Positions 1 to 10,116 of a DNA stretch of 64,000 bases are shown one piece after another. Source of the DNA: Escherichia coli (GTDB taxonomy: Bacteria > Pseudomonadota > Gammaproteobacteria > Enterobacterales > Enterobacteriaceae). Both the position numbers and the translations under genes were made by a program. The stretch is from assembly GCF_044324875.1 (NCBI RefSeq), contig NZ_CP172185.1. One strand, 5' to 3'. Each line of letters begins with the position of its first letter. The stretch's first letter is position 1. The notes under the pieces were generated by a model. The model saw only the letters and a program-made list of their open reading frames with translations. It made no database searches and was not told where the DNA came from.

Positions 1-378
1 GTTTCCACCAGTGCCTGCACACCGAAGGTCAGGCGCAGACGGTCGATGTTTGCCGACGTGATGGTCCGGGTAATCGGCGTGTCGTACTTCACTTCCGTAC
101 CCAGCACCGTCTCGGAGCCGGAGGATTCAAATCCCTCCGGCGGCGTCTGCTCCTGCTCACCGGCCCGGAATACCACCGTGACGCCGGATATATTGGTATT
201 CCCCTCACTGTCCAGCACCGGCGTACCGTTCAGCAGCACGCTTTTTAATCCATCCACCGGTCCTTGTATCGGCCCTTCGCTGATGACATCGATCACACTC
301 AGCAACTGCGTGGACTTCAGGTTGTCCTTCGCTTCGCGCGGGGTATGCCCCTTACTGCTGCCTTTACCCATTCGTCAT
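1..378 (-). CDS. J: Tail tip/host specificity protein J, N-terminal 126 codons only (gene runs off window start)
   Basis: Minus-strand translation from ATG at 378 gives MGKGSSKGHTPREAKDNLKSTQLLSVID..., matching the lambda gpJ N-terminus as I recall it; no stop before position 1. Confidence 0.8.
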
Positions 379-431
379 GCTCCATAAACGACAAAACCGC
401 CCGGAGGCGGTTTCACATAAAACATTTTGCA

Positions 432-1079
432 TCAGCGACCAATCACCACAACCCGGACGCCATCCCCCTCATCCGCTGTGCTGATCTCCTGCGAAATTAC
501 CAGTGACCCCACGCGCATTTCACCGTACAGAACGGGCAGAGCATTCCCCTGGGCAACCATGTTTTCCAGTGAGGAGAAATAGGTGTTCTGTTTGCCGTTA
601 TCCGTGGCTGATACTCCGGGCATTCTGGCTTTCGGTGCCAGCATCTGCGCCACACCACCGAGCACCATACTGGCCCCTGCCGCATACATGCCCGATAAAG
701 CCGCAGCCCCCAGCCAGCCTGCAGGGTTCCACCATGCCACCGCAATCAGCGCCGCGCCCAGCACTGCCTGAAACACACCACCACGTTTGGCTCCCGCCAG
801 ACGCGGCACGATGTGGATCACGGCACCATTTGCCAGCGGTTCATTAAGACGGGCTGATAATTCGTTTTCGCCTGTATCACGCCCGGCAATACGCACCTGA
901 TACCAGCCGTCGCTCAGTTTCTGACGAAACGCAGGGAGCTGCGTGGCCAGCGCCCGGATGGCTTCGGCTCCCGTTTTCACACGAAGGTCGATGCGGCGGC
1001 CAAATCGTTGCAAATCCCCGTAAAGGCAGATGCGTGCCATGCCCGGTGACGCCAGAGGGAGTGTGTGCGTCGCTGCCAT
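432..1079 (-). CDS. I: Tail assembly protein I
   Basis: ORF track; N-terminus MAATHTLPLASPGMARICLYGDLQRFGRR and C-terminus ...QEISTADEGDG..VVVIGR match lambda gpI. Confidence 0.9.
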   Translation of the reverse strand: MAATHTLPLASPGMARICLYGDLQRFGRRIDLRVKTGAEAIRALATQLPAFRQKLSDGWYQVRIAGRDTGENELSARLNEPLANGAVIHIVPRLAGAKRGGVFQAVLGAALIAVAWWNPAGWLGAAALSGMYAAGASMVLGGVAQMLAPKARMPGVSATDNGKQNTYFSSLENMVAQGNALPVLYGEMRVGSLVISQEISTADEGDGVRVVVIGR

Positions 1080-1720
1080 TTGTCGGTATACCTCTCTCGT
1101 TTGCTCAGTTGTTCAGGAATATGGTGCAGCAGCCCGCCGTCGCCGCAGTAAATGGCGGCATGATTCGGCACCGATGAACCAAAACAGCACAGCAGCACGT
1201 CGCCGGGCTGCGCCTCTGTCAGTGCGACACGGTAAAAACCAGTCGCCTCCATATTGTCAAGATAGAGATTCTGACCTGATTTCCACCAGTCATCATGTCG
1301 GTAAAAATCCGGCAAATCGATACCTGCAAGATGATAGGCATCGCGGAACAGCGTGTAACAGTCCGTCACCCCGTGCTCAAAGCGCCGCCCGGTGAGATGC
1401 GGCACACAGCGGAACTTGTGAATCGTCCCCCGGCAGACCAGCCACCACGGCAAATCACTCTGCACCTGCAGCCGCCGGTCGGCCTCACTCAGCCAGGGCA
1501 GACCACCGGGGTGGCTGTGGACCAGCGCCACAATCTCACCCTGCATTTCTGCCTGCAGCCAGTCCTCCGGCGACATCCGGAAATACGCCTCCGGCTCACC
1601 GGAGATATTCACGCAGGGAAAATATCTTTCCCCCTCCGGCGTTCTCACCACGAAGCCGCACGACTCCGCTGGCGCACATCGCCGGGCGTGCGCCAGAATC
1701 GCTGATTCTGTCTCTGTCAT
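977..1720 (-). CDS. K: Tail assembly protein K (JAMM/MPN motif HSHPGG plus NlpC/P60-like C-terminal region)
   Basis: ORF 977..1795; likely start at internal Met (MTETESAILAHARR...); overlaps I start as in lambda. Confidence 0.8.
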   Translation of the reverse strand: MTETESAILAHARRCAPAESCGFVVRTPEGERYFPCVNISGEPEAYFRMSPEDWLQAEMQGEIVALVHSHPGGLPWLSEADRRLQVQSDLPWWLVCRGTIHKFRCVPHLTGRRFEHGVTDCYTLFRDAYHLAGIDLPDFYRHDDWWKSGQNLYLDNMEATGFYRVALTEAQPGDVLLCCFGSSVPNHAAIYCGDGGLLHHIPEQLSKRERYTDKWQRRTHSLWRHRAWHASAFTGICNDLAAASTFV

Positions 1721-1724
1721 GGAA

Positions 1725-2423
1725 TTACTGCGAAAGTTTGTGAATGGAAAGAAAACCGCCAAAGTTGCCGACGTTATTGCGGAACTTACAGCCACTCAGG
1801 CATTTGCTGCATTTATCCTTCGTGATATCGGACGTCGGCTGGTCATATTCATCCGCGACCGCCGGACCGCTATAACCGCACTCATCGCCGCGATAGGTCC
1901 AGGTGCAGGTGTTGGCCAGCATAATACGTCCCGGAAAAACAGCGCCGTCCGTTTCCGTCGGCGTGGCCAGTACAAAGGTCGCGCTGACCGCTGTCAAATC
2001 ACTGCACTGCTCGATGCGCCAGCGGCTGATCACCTCCTGCTCCGGATCGGCGTCACGGTTTCCGTTGACGAAGTTCACCGCATCCAGAAAACGGGCATAA
2101 ACTTTACGCCGGACCACCGTTCCGCCGACCAGACTCTGCATATCTTCCACCATACCGGTGACCATACCGTACAGGTTAGAAACCGTCAGCGTGGGGCGCG
2201 TACTGGTGCCTTTGCCATTCAGTTCAAAACCACTCCCCTGAATGGGATACGGCTGATACTGTCGCCTCTGCCAGGTGACCGGCTCACCTTTTTCGTTCTG
2301 CTCATTACAGAAAAAATAACGTTCTCCACCGACCTCTGTCAGATCGATTTCCCAGAGCACCACGCTGGCCGACTGCTCCGCACGGGTGCATTCATTCAGT
2401 GTTTCCTGCCGGATATCCTGCAT
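1725..2423 (-). CDS. L: Minor tail protein L
   Basis: ORF track, 232 aa, lambda gpL-like (MQDIRQETLNECTRAEQSASVVLWEIDL...). Confidence 0.9.
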   Translation of the reverse strand: MQDIRQETLNECTRAEQSASVVLWEIDLTEVGGERYFFCNEQNEKGEPVTWQRRQYQPYPIQGSGFELNGKGTSTRPTLTVSNLYGMVTGMVEDMQSLVGGTVVRRKVYARFLDAVNFVNGNRDADPEQEVISRWRIEQCSDLTAVSATFVLATPTETDGAVFPGRIMLANTCTWTYRGDECGYSGPAVADEYDQPTSDITKDKCSKCLSGCKFRNNVGNFGGFLSIHKLSQ

Positions 2424-2752
2424 CAGTTCACCACCTGTTCAAACTCTGCGCTGAACTCAACACGCAGCATACTGACCCGCGACGACCATTTTGCGCAGGT
2501 CACCTTTATCTGCCGCCACTCATAAGGCGGCGTCCACAGAAAGGCCTTCCAGCCCCCGTGCTCAGCCAGAAACGACTCCAGCGCCGTGGCCTCCTCACGG
2601 GGGACAGAAAGCGTCACGCTGTACGTTTTCAGGTCGGCATTCAGCCCGGCAGGCGCTCGCTGGGAATGGCCATCACCAAAGCGCACTTTCCTGACGGAAG
2701 GGGCCGAAGCCACATCCATACCGGGTTTCACTTTCCAGCGGAAGGTCTTCAT
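2423..2752 (-). CDS. M: Minor tail protein M
   Basis: ORF track, 109 aa, lambda gpM-like. Confidence 0.9.
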   Translation of the reverse strand: MKTFRWKVKPGMDVASAPSVRKVRFGDGHSQRAPAGLNADLKTYSVTLSVPREEATALESFLAEHGGWKAFLWTPPYEWRQIKVTCAKWSSRVSMLRVEFSAEFEQVVN

Positions 2753-5310
2753 CGTCCACCTCCGGAGAACAGACCACCATCGCGCATCTGTGCCTGAATT
2801 TCATCACGGGCACCCTTGCGGGCCATGTCATACACAGCCTTCAGCGCCTGTGGTCCAATCTGCCCGTTCGTGCCGTCGTTGTTAATCACCACATGGTTAT
2901 TCTGCTCAAACGTCCCGGACGCCTGCGACCGGCTGTCTGCCATGCTGCCCGGTGTACCGACATAACCACCAGTGGCATAGCCGCGCATCAGCCGGTAGAG
3001 ATTCCCCACGCCAATCCGGCTGGTTGCCTCCTTCGTGAAGACAAACTCACCACGGTGAACAATCCCCGCTGGCTCATATTTGCCGCCGGTTCCTGTGAAT
3101 CCTCCGGTTGAAAAATGGAATTTCGCCGCAGCGGCCTGAATGGCTGTACCGCCTGACACTGATGCGCCACCACCGGCAGCACCGCCAATGGCGCTGCCGA
3201 TACTCCCGACAATCCCCACCATTGCCTGCTTAAGCAGAATTTCTGTCATCATGGACAGCACGGAACGGGTGAAGCTGCGCCAGTTCTGCTCACTGCCGGT
3301 CAGCATCGCCGCCATATTCTGTGCAATTCCATCAAAGGTCTGCGTGGCTGCACTTTTTACCTGCGACATACTGTCCGTGGCGCTCTCTTCCCACTCACTC
3401 CAGCCGGACCTGAGGCCAGCCATCCAGCTCCCGCGAAGCAGGTCTTCAGCCGCCCAGGTCTTTTTCTGCTCTGACATGACGTTATTCAGCGCCAGCGGAT
3501 TATCGCCATACTGTTCCTTCAGGCGCTGTTCCGTGGCTTCCCGCGCTGCCTGCCGGTCAGTCAGCCCCCGGCTTTTCGCATCAATGGCGGCCCGTTTTGC
3601 CCGTTGCTGCTGTGCGAATTTCTCCGCCTGCTGTACCAGTTCGTTCAGCCGTTTCTGGTGTTCAATCTTATCGCCAAGTTCCGCCAGCTGGCGTTTGTAC
3701 TCCAGCGTCTCATCTTTATGCGCCAGCAGGGATTTCTCCTGTGCAGACAGCTGGCGACGTTGCGCCGCCTCCTCCAGTACCGCGAACTGACTCTCCGCCT
3801 TCCACAAATCCCGGCGCTGCTGGCTGATTTTCTCATTCGCTCCGGCATGCTTCTCCAGCATCCGGAGTTCTGCCTGAAGCGTCAGCAGGGCCGCATGAGC
3901 ACTGTCTTCCTGACGATCTCCCGCAGACACCTTCACGCCGGACTGTTTCGGCTTTTTCAGCGTCGCTTCATAATCCTTTTTCGCCGCCGCCATCAGCGTG
4001 TTGTAATCTGCCTGCAGGATTTTCCCGTCTTTCAGTGCCTTGTTCAGTTCTTCCTGACGGGCGGTATATTTCTCCAGCGGTGTCTGCAGCCGTTCGTAAG
4101 CCTTCTGCGCCTCTTCGGTATATTTCAGCCGTGACGCTTCGGTATCGCTCTGCTGCTGCGCATTTTTGTCCTGTTGACTCAGCTGCTCAGCCTTCTTTCG
4201 GGCGGCTTCAAGCGCAAGACGGGCCTTTTCACGATCATCCCAGTAACGCGCCCGCGCTTCATCGTTAACAAAATAATCATCCTTGCGCAGATTCCAGATG
4301 TCGTCCGCTTTCTTAAACGCAGCCTCTGCCTTAATCAGTATCTCCTGCGCGGTATCAGGACGACCAATATCCAGCACCGAATCCCACATGGATTTGAATG
4401 CCCGCGCTGTCCTGTCTGCCCAGGTCTCCAGCGTGCCCATGTTCTCTTTCAGGCGGCGGGTCTGGTCATCAAACCCTTTCGTCGCGGCCTCGTTCGCCGC
4501 CTGCAATGCCCCGGCTTCATCGCCGGAACGCTGCAACTGAGCAACATACGCAATCTGCTCCGCCGTCACGTTATGGAACTGGCGTGCCATCGCTGTCAGC
4601 CCTGACGTCGGGTCTGTGGTCAGCTTCCCGAAGGCTTCAGCGACCTTGTCCACCTCCACGCCGGATGCAGAGGAGAAACGCGCCACACTCTGGCTGATGG
4701 ATGCAATCTGAGCCTCACCGCTTACTCCCGCCTTAACCAGTGCGCTGAGTGACTCGCTGGTCTGGTTAAACGTCAGCCCTGCCGCCTGCCCGGCTCTGGA
4801 CAGGACCAGCATGCGATCTGCCGTCAGACCCGACTGATTGCCGGAAAGGACCAGCGTTTTGTTGAAATCGGACAGGGTTGAGTTGCCCTGATACCAGGCA
4901 TACGCCAGCGCACCGGTCGCCACCGCCAGCGAGGTGGCCCCGACCATCGGCAGGGTGATCGCACCGGCAAGCCCCCTGAACATGGGGATCATCCCGCCGA
5001 AGGAGTCCTTAACCTGCCCCCCCTGTTGCAGCAGGATCAGCCACGGACTTTGCCCGCCTGCAAGCTGCGTGGCCACGTCGGTGAACTGTGCAGGAAGCAT
5101 ACGCATGGCGGCTTTATACTGTCCGACGGAAATCCCCGCTTTCTGTGCAGCCAGCGCCTGCCGGTTCATTGACTGTTCAACGACTGCCGCTGTTTTTTTC
5201 GCATCACTTTCCGTACCGGAAAAATGACGCCTGACTCTGGCCATCTGCTCGTCAAATCTGGCCGCATCCAGACTCAAATCAACGACCAGATCGCCTACCG
5301 GTTCAGCCAT
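2749..5310 (-). CDS. H: Tail tape measure protein H
   Basis: ORF track, 853 aa (same length as lambda gpH), coiled-coil rich, sits between G/T and M. Confidence 0.9.
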   Translation of the reverse strand: MAEPVGDLVVDLSLDAARFDEQMARVRRHFSGTESDAKKTAAVVEQSMNRQALAAQKAGISVGQYKAAMRMLPAQFTDVATQLAGGQSPWLILLQQGGQVKDSFGGMIPMFRGLAGAITLPMVGATSLAVATGALAYAWYQGNSTLSDFNKTLVLSGNQSGLTADRMLVLSRAGQAAGLTFNQTSESLSALVKAGVSGEAQIASISQSVARFSSASGVEVDKVAEAFGKLTTDPTSGLTAMARQFHNVTAEQIAYVAQLQRSGDEAGALQAANEAATKGFDDQTRRLKENMGTLETWADRTARAFKSMWDSVLDIGRPDTAQEILIKAEAAFKKADDIWNLRKDDYFVNDEARARYWDDREKARLALEAARKKAEQLSQQDKNAQQQSDTEASRLKYTEEAQKAYERLQTPLEKYTARQEELNKALKDGKILQADYNTLMAAAKKDYEATLKKPKQSGVKVSAGDRQEDSAHAALLTLQAELRMLEKHAGANEKISQQRRDLWKAESQFAVLEEAAQRRQLSAQEKSLLAHKDETLEYKRQLAELGDKIEHQKRLNELVQQAEKFAQQQRAKRAAIDAKSRGLTDRQAAREATEQRLKEQYGDNPLALNNVMSEQKKTWAAEDLLRGSWMAGLRSGWSEWEESATDSMSQVKSAATQTFDGIAQNMAAMLTGSEQNWRSFTRSVLSMMTEILLKQAMVGIVGSIGSAIGGAAGGGASVSGGTAIQAAAAKFHFSTGGFTGTGGKYEPAGIVHRGEFVFTKEATSRIGVGNLYRLMRGYATGGYVGTPGSMADSRSQASGTFEQNNHVVINNDGTNGQIGPQALKAVYDMARKGARDEIQAQMRDGGLFSGGGR

Positions 5311-5743
5311 ACCGGACTCCTCCTGCGATCCCTTCTGATACTGTCATCAGCATTACGTCATCCTCCGTCATGTCCGCCACATCCGGGGAAGCGGGGATAA
5401 CTTCATTCCCGTCCGGGCCAAAGCGGACACCTCCGGCAAGCCCTGCCGCTTTCTGCATCAGCACATCATCTTCAGGCTCTTCGTCAGCCTCGCGCCGGTT
5501 CAGCAAACTGAAATCCAGCGGATGCATATCCGGATCGCTGAAAAACAGGCTGAGCACGGTGTACGTCAGCCCGGAAAAATGCATATCCAGCAGAACATCA
5601 TGAAAATAATGGGTACTGTAAAAGCGGTGCCAGTCGGCATACTCCGTGGATGACATCCCGGCAAGCATGGCGCGCCAGTCGGGTCGCCCCATCTCGCGCG
5701 CCAGTTTCAGGGCAAAACTCAGCTCACCGTCGAACACTTTCCC
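5303..5743 (-). CDS. T: T segment of tail assembly chaperone G-T fusion (reached by -1 frameshift from G; no independent ATG)
   Basis: ORF 5303..5737 begins VFDGELSF... directly after the slippery heptamer in the -1 frame relative to G. Confidence 0.8.
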   Translation of the reverse strand, partial: GKVFDGELSFALKLAREMGRPDWRAMLAGMSSTEYADWHRFYSTHYFHDVLLDMHFSGLTYTVLSLFFSDPDMHPLDFSLLNRREADEEPEDDVLMQKAAGLAGGVRFGPDGNEVIPASPDVADMTEDDVMLMTVSEGIAGGVRYG

Positions 5744-6141
5744 GCAGAAACAGGCTCTGCAGGCCCGGCGTCCTCTGCCTGGTCAGGGGCATCATTCACC
5801 ACAAACTCAGACATTCCGGACAGACGTAACACCACGTTTTCAGCATGCGAAATTGCCTCCGTGGGCCAGGTGGTAAGCACTTCCTGCTCAATCTGCGTAA
5901 TGGCTTCATTCATGGACAGCAGCTTTGTCTTCTGCGGATGGTTATGCCACAGAGACATCGCCACCAGAAACGCCCCGCCTCTGATAAGATCCTCTACAGA
6001 CACCTGCAGGTTGCCACTGGATTCAGCCTTTTTTTCCTGCTCTTTCAACCAGGCAAGATGCTCAATACGCTGCAGGGCTGACAGTTCAGAAAGCGTGACG
6101 GTCACGCCGTTATGTTCAAATGATTCGGTTTTCAGGAACAT
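5719..6141 (-). CDS. G: Tail assembly chaperone G
   Basis: ORF track, 140 aa, lambda gpG-like, ends ...SAGKCSTVS. Confidence 0.9.
   Translation of the reverse strand: MFLKTESFEHNGVTVTLSELSALQRIEHLAWLKEQEKKAESSGNLQVSVEDLIRGGAFLVAMSLWHNHPQKTKLLSMNEAITQIEQEVLTTWPTEAISHAENVVLRLSGMSEFVVNDAPDQAEDAGPAEPVSAGKCSTVS
5737..5743 (-). promoter_or_regulatory. Programmed -1 ribosomal frameshift slippery site GGGAAAG (G to G-T)
   Basis: Plus strand CTTTCCC = minus strand G GGA AAG, 5 codons before the G stop; -1 frame continues into T. Confidence 0.75.
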
Positions 6142-6156
6142 CGCTGACTCTCCGGA

Positions 6157-6897
6157 TTAACTGGCGGTGACGTTGATTTCTGCAACCGCAGCAAGTTCAC
6201 CATTACCGGATACGACCGGAATGTTGACCCTGCCTGCAGCAACGCCCTTCACGGTGATGGTCATACCACTGACCGACACGGTGGCTTTTGTTTTATCCGC
6301 AGACACCGCACGGAAGCTCTTGTCGGTTGCGCCTTCCGGCTGGAATGCCACGGTCAGCGTGGTGCTCTGCCCTTTCACCACCGAGGTGCTGGCAGGCGTC
6401 ACGGTCATGCCGGTTGCCGCTGTTAGCGTGCTGCGATCTTCTGCCATCGACGGACGTCCCACGTTGGTGACTTTCACCGTGCGGGTGATCACTTCCTTCG
6501 CTGTCACCGCCTTACCGATGCTGCTGACCCAGCCGCGGAACACATCGACCGTGCCGTTCGGGAAGCGGATTTTATAGGCACGGGTATCACCTTCATTAAA
6601 CCACGCCAGCAGCGCCTGCTGCCCCTGCTCTCCGGGCATCCACGCCAGCGTGAAGCTGGTATCTCCGGCGGATTTCTGCCCCTGTCCGGTCGCGGCCCAG
6701 TCCGAATCTTCATCATCGAGATAACTGTCGTCATAGGGCTCAGCGGTCAGTTCGCCGGGCGTCAGGTCTTTAACTTTTGCCAGACGCGACCAGTCAACGT
6801 CTGAAAGCGGGTTCGCATAAGGGTCACCGTTCCCCTTATAAACCCACAGGGTGGTCCCGGCCCCTTTCACCGGTGCCAGAGGATTTGGTGTTGGCAT
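6157..6897 (-). CDS. V: Major tail protein V (Ig-like C-terminal domain)
   Basis: ORF 6157..6927; start at internal Met [22 protein letters not shown]... matching lambda gpV. Confidence 0.9.
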   Translation of the reverse strand: MPTPNPLAPVKGAGTTLWVYKGNGDPYANPLSDVDWSRLAKVKDLTPGELTAEPYDDSYLDDEDSDWAATGQGQKSAGDTSFTLAWMPGEQGQQALLAWFNEGDTRAYKIRFPNGTVDVFRGWVSSIGKAVTAKEVITRTVKVTNVGRPSMAEDRSTLTAATGMTVTPASTSVVKGQSTTLTVAFQPEGATDKSFRAVSADKTKATVSVSGMTITVKGVAAGRVNIPVVSGNGELAAVAEINVTAS

Positions 6898-6904
6898 ATC
6901 GTCC

Positions 6905-7300
6905 TCACATTTCATAGGTAATGACATAAGTCAGATCGGCTGAACTCCACAGGCCCGCATCATCGTCGCGCCGGTAGTCATAGCCACTGGCCACCATACT
7001 GGTGATCAAATCTGACAGTGCCGGGATATCGCTCATCACCGGATAAATCCGGGACTCCATCCACGAATCCAGCTCTGAATCCGGCACCTGAGCAGGCAGG
7101 AAAACTTCAATATGCAGCTCCGCCTGCCAGGTATCGCTGTCCAGCTCTTCGCCCGTGTATTCAGCGCCGGTGAGATAAACGGCAACTGCCGGAAAATCCG
7201 CCTCATCAAAAACAGCGGGGCGACCATCAAAAAACGTCGCCCCGGTTTCATGCTTCTCCAGTGCATCCAGTACGGCTGTACGGATATCAGTATTTTTCAT
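6905..7300 (-). CDS. U: Tail terminator protein U
   Basis: ORF track, 131 aa, lambda gpU-like. Confidence 0.9.
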   Translation of the reverse strand: MKNTDIRTAVLDALEKHETGATFFDGRPAVFDEADFPAVAVYLTGAEYTGEELDSDTWQAELHIEVFLPAQVPDSELDSWMESRIYPVMSDIPALSDLITSMVASGYDYRRDDDAGLWSSADLTYVITYEM

Positions 7301-7872
7301 CGCTTTATCACAATCCTCAGTTGTTGTTTCAGCGCATAGCTCAGTTCTTTTGGCAGACGTTCGCGTCGGATACGGTTAACGTTCTCATCAAAAGCCTGTT
7401 TCAGTGGGGCCGACATCGGAATTTTCACCACCTGAATGGGAAGACGATTACGCTTTTTCCTTCCCTTATCGTCATTGCCCTTCGCATACCTGGCTTCTGG
7501 CAGACGTTGCATAACATGCCAGCGCCCATTATTCAGTCGCTGGATAAATGCCCGCTGATAACGATGCTGACCGGCTTTGAGTATGCTGTTCGGGCGACGT
7601 CCCAGCATCCTGATCCCCAGCTTAATCACAGGAAGATCGCCGCGGTTAACGATAATTTTTGCGTTCGGATTTCTGACCGTAGCCCGTTTCAGTCTGGATC
7701 GCTCTTTAACAAGTTTTCTCGGCACCCGGGTTTCACGGGCGACCTGAGACGAAGACTGATTAATCGCCGTTGTGGCCACGCGGTTAATGGCCATTGCTGA
7801 CGCACCGGGCACCGCCGTTCTGCTGATACGGCTGAGGTTTTCAACGGCCTGCTCAAGACCCTGTATGGCCAT
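7297..7872 (-). CDS. Z: Tail completion protein Z
   Basis: ORF track, 191 aa, lambda gpZ-like. Confidence 0.85.
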   Translation of the reverse strand: MAIQGLEQAVENLSRISRTAVPGASAMAINRVATTAINQSSSQVARETRVPRKLVKERSRLKRATVRNPNAKIIVNRGDLPVIKLGIRMLGRRPNSILKAGQHRYQRAFIQRLNNGRWHVMQRLPEARYAKGNDDKGRKKRNRLPIQVVKIPMSAPLKQAFDENVNRIRRERLPKELSYALKQQLRIVIKR

Positions 7873-7883
7873 ACATCCCCCTT

Positions 7884-8246
7884 TCAGCGGCGACGATTAA
7901 CGGCAGGCGGTACGCCCCGCCCAAGCCAGAGATGACAGCTTCCGCCATCATCCGGCGAAACCCGGTCTATCCAGAAGTTTTCCTCACCGATGGTCAGCGT
8001 GTCTCCACGCCGCAGTTGCCGCACATCATCAGTCCGGACAAACAGAGACGGGCTGGAGCCTTCAACGCGCACGCCCTGTCCGGCATAGCTGATATTTTCA
8101 GGGTCATCAAAAACACCACGTATTACTGCGCCGGGCTGCTCACCGGATGTAATGGTGGCTGACGTTCCCATATGCCCGCGTATCGTTTCATCAGCCCGGG
8201 CAATGGCTGTATCAAAACCGTTATCCCTGATATTAATAACTTTCAT
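7884..8246 (-). CDS. FII: Head-tail connector protein FII
   Basis: ORF 7884..8282; start at internal Met (MKVINIRDNGFDTAIARADETIRG...), C-terminus ...CHLWLGRGVPPAVNRRR as lambda gpFII. Confidence 0.85.
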   Translation of the reverse strand: MKVINIRDNGFDTAIARADETIRGHMGTSATITSGEQPGAVIRGVFDDPENISYAGQGVRVEGSSPSLFVRTDDVRQLRRGDTLTIGEENFWIDRVSPDDGGSCHLWLGRGVPPAVNRRR

Positions 8247-8595
8247 CTGTAACAAGCCCCTCCAGGACAAGTTCCGCAACATTCACTGGATCAACTCTGA
8301 CAGTCATACCTGTAACAACAATCTCCATATCACTGTCATCATGCGGATGTTTTCCCGCCACATGCAGGGTTTTGAGTACACGAACAGTGCTCATTTCATC
8401 CCCGCCAGTGGAGTAGCTATACGTCATCAAATGCCTTTCGTTCTCATCACTCTCCTGGTTTTTGTCCTCTGCTTCCTCTTCCCATTCCGCCACCCGCTGC
8501 GCTATCTCTGCGGCACTCCCGGATATATCCGGCTCACGCCCCAGAATCCGGGCCAGTTCATCAAGCCGTTTCAGATTTTGCTCTTTCGTTGCCAT
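8233..8595 (-). CDS. FI-like DNA packaging/head completion protein (not the lambda FI allele)
   Basis: ORF 8233..8643; start at internal ATG (MATKEQNLKRLDELARILG...); acidic, in the FI position between E and FII. Confidence 0.55.
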   Translation of the reverse strand: MATKEQNLKRLDELARILGREPDISGSAAEIAQRVAEWEEEAEDKNQESDENERHLMTYSYSTGGDEMSTVRVLKTLHVAGKHPHDDSDMEIVVTGMTVRVDPVNVAELVLEGLVTDESY

Positions 8596-8646
8596 ATCAG
8601 GCCTCTGTGAAAAAAGACACGGGGGCATTTCGCCCCCGCTCACGGA

Positions 8647-9675
8647 TTATTTCACCTGTACCACCACAAACTCATCCGGGTCCGGCAACACCATCAGCGG
8701 CGCGGACTGCGTCATGGTAAATTCACGGGCGGGATCCCCCACCGTCAGCCAGTGTTTCGGATAACGGGAAGAGGCCACCACGCCTTCAGACAACGCCTGT
8801 GCATCCTGAATGGCACCGTAACAACGGATCCCATCTGCAGCAGTATTCCCCAGGACCAGCGTGCCGTCTGGCAGATAACGTTTTTCGGTACCGTCCTCTG
8901 CCACATAAGACGTTTTCGCCACCACAATGGCCAGATCACCGTAATACCCTTTGAAAGACACCACCGCCCCCAGGTCTTTCACTGCCGTTTCGAGTTGCGA
9001 ATTTGAACCGCGACGGGTATCCAGTTTTTCGCGGAACAGCTTAAAACCATTCAGCAGACGCCAGACGGTACCGTCCATAATGGCAATATTCACAAGGCCG
9101 CTGGCCTGGTCGCAGTAGAGGTCAATATCATGCGCAGGATCGAACGTGTCACGATCGTGCTCAGACCATTTTTTACCACTGGCCTGCGTAATGTTATTCG
9201 CCGGCGATCTGCCAAAATCGACCTCAATTTTCTCGAACTGGTCTCCTTCCATGGTGTATTTGCCATACAGCACGGCATTTACCGCCTGCATTTCTTCCAC
9301 CTGGACAATCGCGTACTCTTCCTGTTTGAGGTTATCGGTAATGATACGCAGACGGCGGTAAGCCGGATCGTTCAGTTGAGCCGGATCTTCACCAGGAAGG
9401 CGCTCAACCGCCTGCCGGGAATTAAATTCGTGTTTCGGCTTGACGTAGCCCGGACGCAAGACGCGGGTTTCACCACCACGATGACGCAGCACTTTTCCTT
9501 CAACAACCGGGGAGACATAGGCCGCCACCGGCGTTTTTCCGGTAATTTTGTCCAGCATCACCTCTTCGGTATGGAAATTCACCGTACGACGGAAAAACAG
9601 CTCCAGAAACAGCGCACGAAATTTCACTTTTTGTTCGGTATAACCGAGTAACTGGCGGGTCGTAAACAATCCCAT
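8647..9675 (-). CDS. E: Major capsid protein E
   Basis: ORF track, 342 aa; shares motifs with lambda gpE (RRGSNS.LETAVKDLG, TGDPAREFTM.QSAPLM). Confidence 0.9.
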   Translation of the reverse strand: MGLFTTRQLLGYTEQKVKFRALFLELFFRRTVNFHTEEVMLDKITGKTPVAAYVSPVVEGKVLRHRGGETRVLRPGYVKPKHEFNSRQAVERLPGEDPAQLNDPAYRRLRIITDNLKQEEYAIVQVEEMQAVNAVLYGKYTMEGDQFEKIEVDFGRSPANNITQASGKKWSEHDRDTFDPAHDIDLYCDQASGLVNIAIMDGTVWRLLNGFKLFREKLDTRRGSNSQLETAVKDLGAVVSFKGYYGDLAIVVAKTSYVAEDGTEKRYLPDGTLVLGNTAADGIRCYGAIQDAQALSEGVVASSRYPKHWLTVGDPAREFTMTQSAPLMVLPDPDEFVVVQVK

Positions 9676-9732
9676 AAATCAGTTCCTTTCATTCTGAAAT
9701 CAGTCAGGCCACCGCGGTGGCCTGATAACGTG

Positions 9733-10080
9733 TTACGGCAGCGCCGCGTGACTCAGGGCACTCCCGGCAAAGGCGTTGGCCTTTTTGTGTTCATCCACAC
9801 TGTCAGGCCAGCGGATTGCCTCCGTCGCAAAAGTCCCCGACTTGTAATACGTCAGCACCGTCTCTGTGCCTTCAAGCGGCAGTACCAGTATGCCAACCGC
9901 ACCTCCGGCTTTCTGTCCGTCCCAGACCACCAGTTTCCCGGTGGCTTCATCCAGCATCAGGGGCGTCAGTGCCGGTGTTGCCGAGGAAATCCCGCTGCTG
10001 CCTGTGGCGGTGTGAGCCGGATCATTACCGGCAAAAATACGTACTTCCGCACGCTGTTCAGTGATGGTTTTCGTTACCAT
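9733..10080 (-). CDS. D: Head decoration protein D
   Basis: ORF track, 115 aa; DPAHTAT...TPLMLD...GILV...YKSGTF motifs as in lambda gpD. Confidence 0.85.
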   Translation of the reverse strand: MVTKTITEQRAEVRIFAGNDPAHTATGSSGISSATPALTPLMLDEATGKLVVWDGQKAGGAVGILVLPLEGTETVLTYYKSGTFATEAIRWPDSVDEHKKANAFAGSALSHAALP

Positions 10081-10116
10081 ATTGTCAAAACCTCATATTG
10101 ATGGTCAGCACTGACT

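Noticed and set aside
46-387. Plus-strand 113-aa ORF at the window start
   Set aside because: Lies antisense to the N-terminal coding region of tail gene J, which matches lambda gpJ; no ribosome-binding site; typical shadow ORF.
3140-4605. Several plus-strand ORFs (3140..3790, 3604..4134, 4174..4605 and others)
   Set aside because: All lie antisense inside the tape-measure gene H; Ser/Arg/Leu-rich low-complexity translations.
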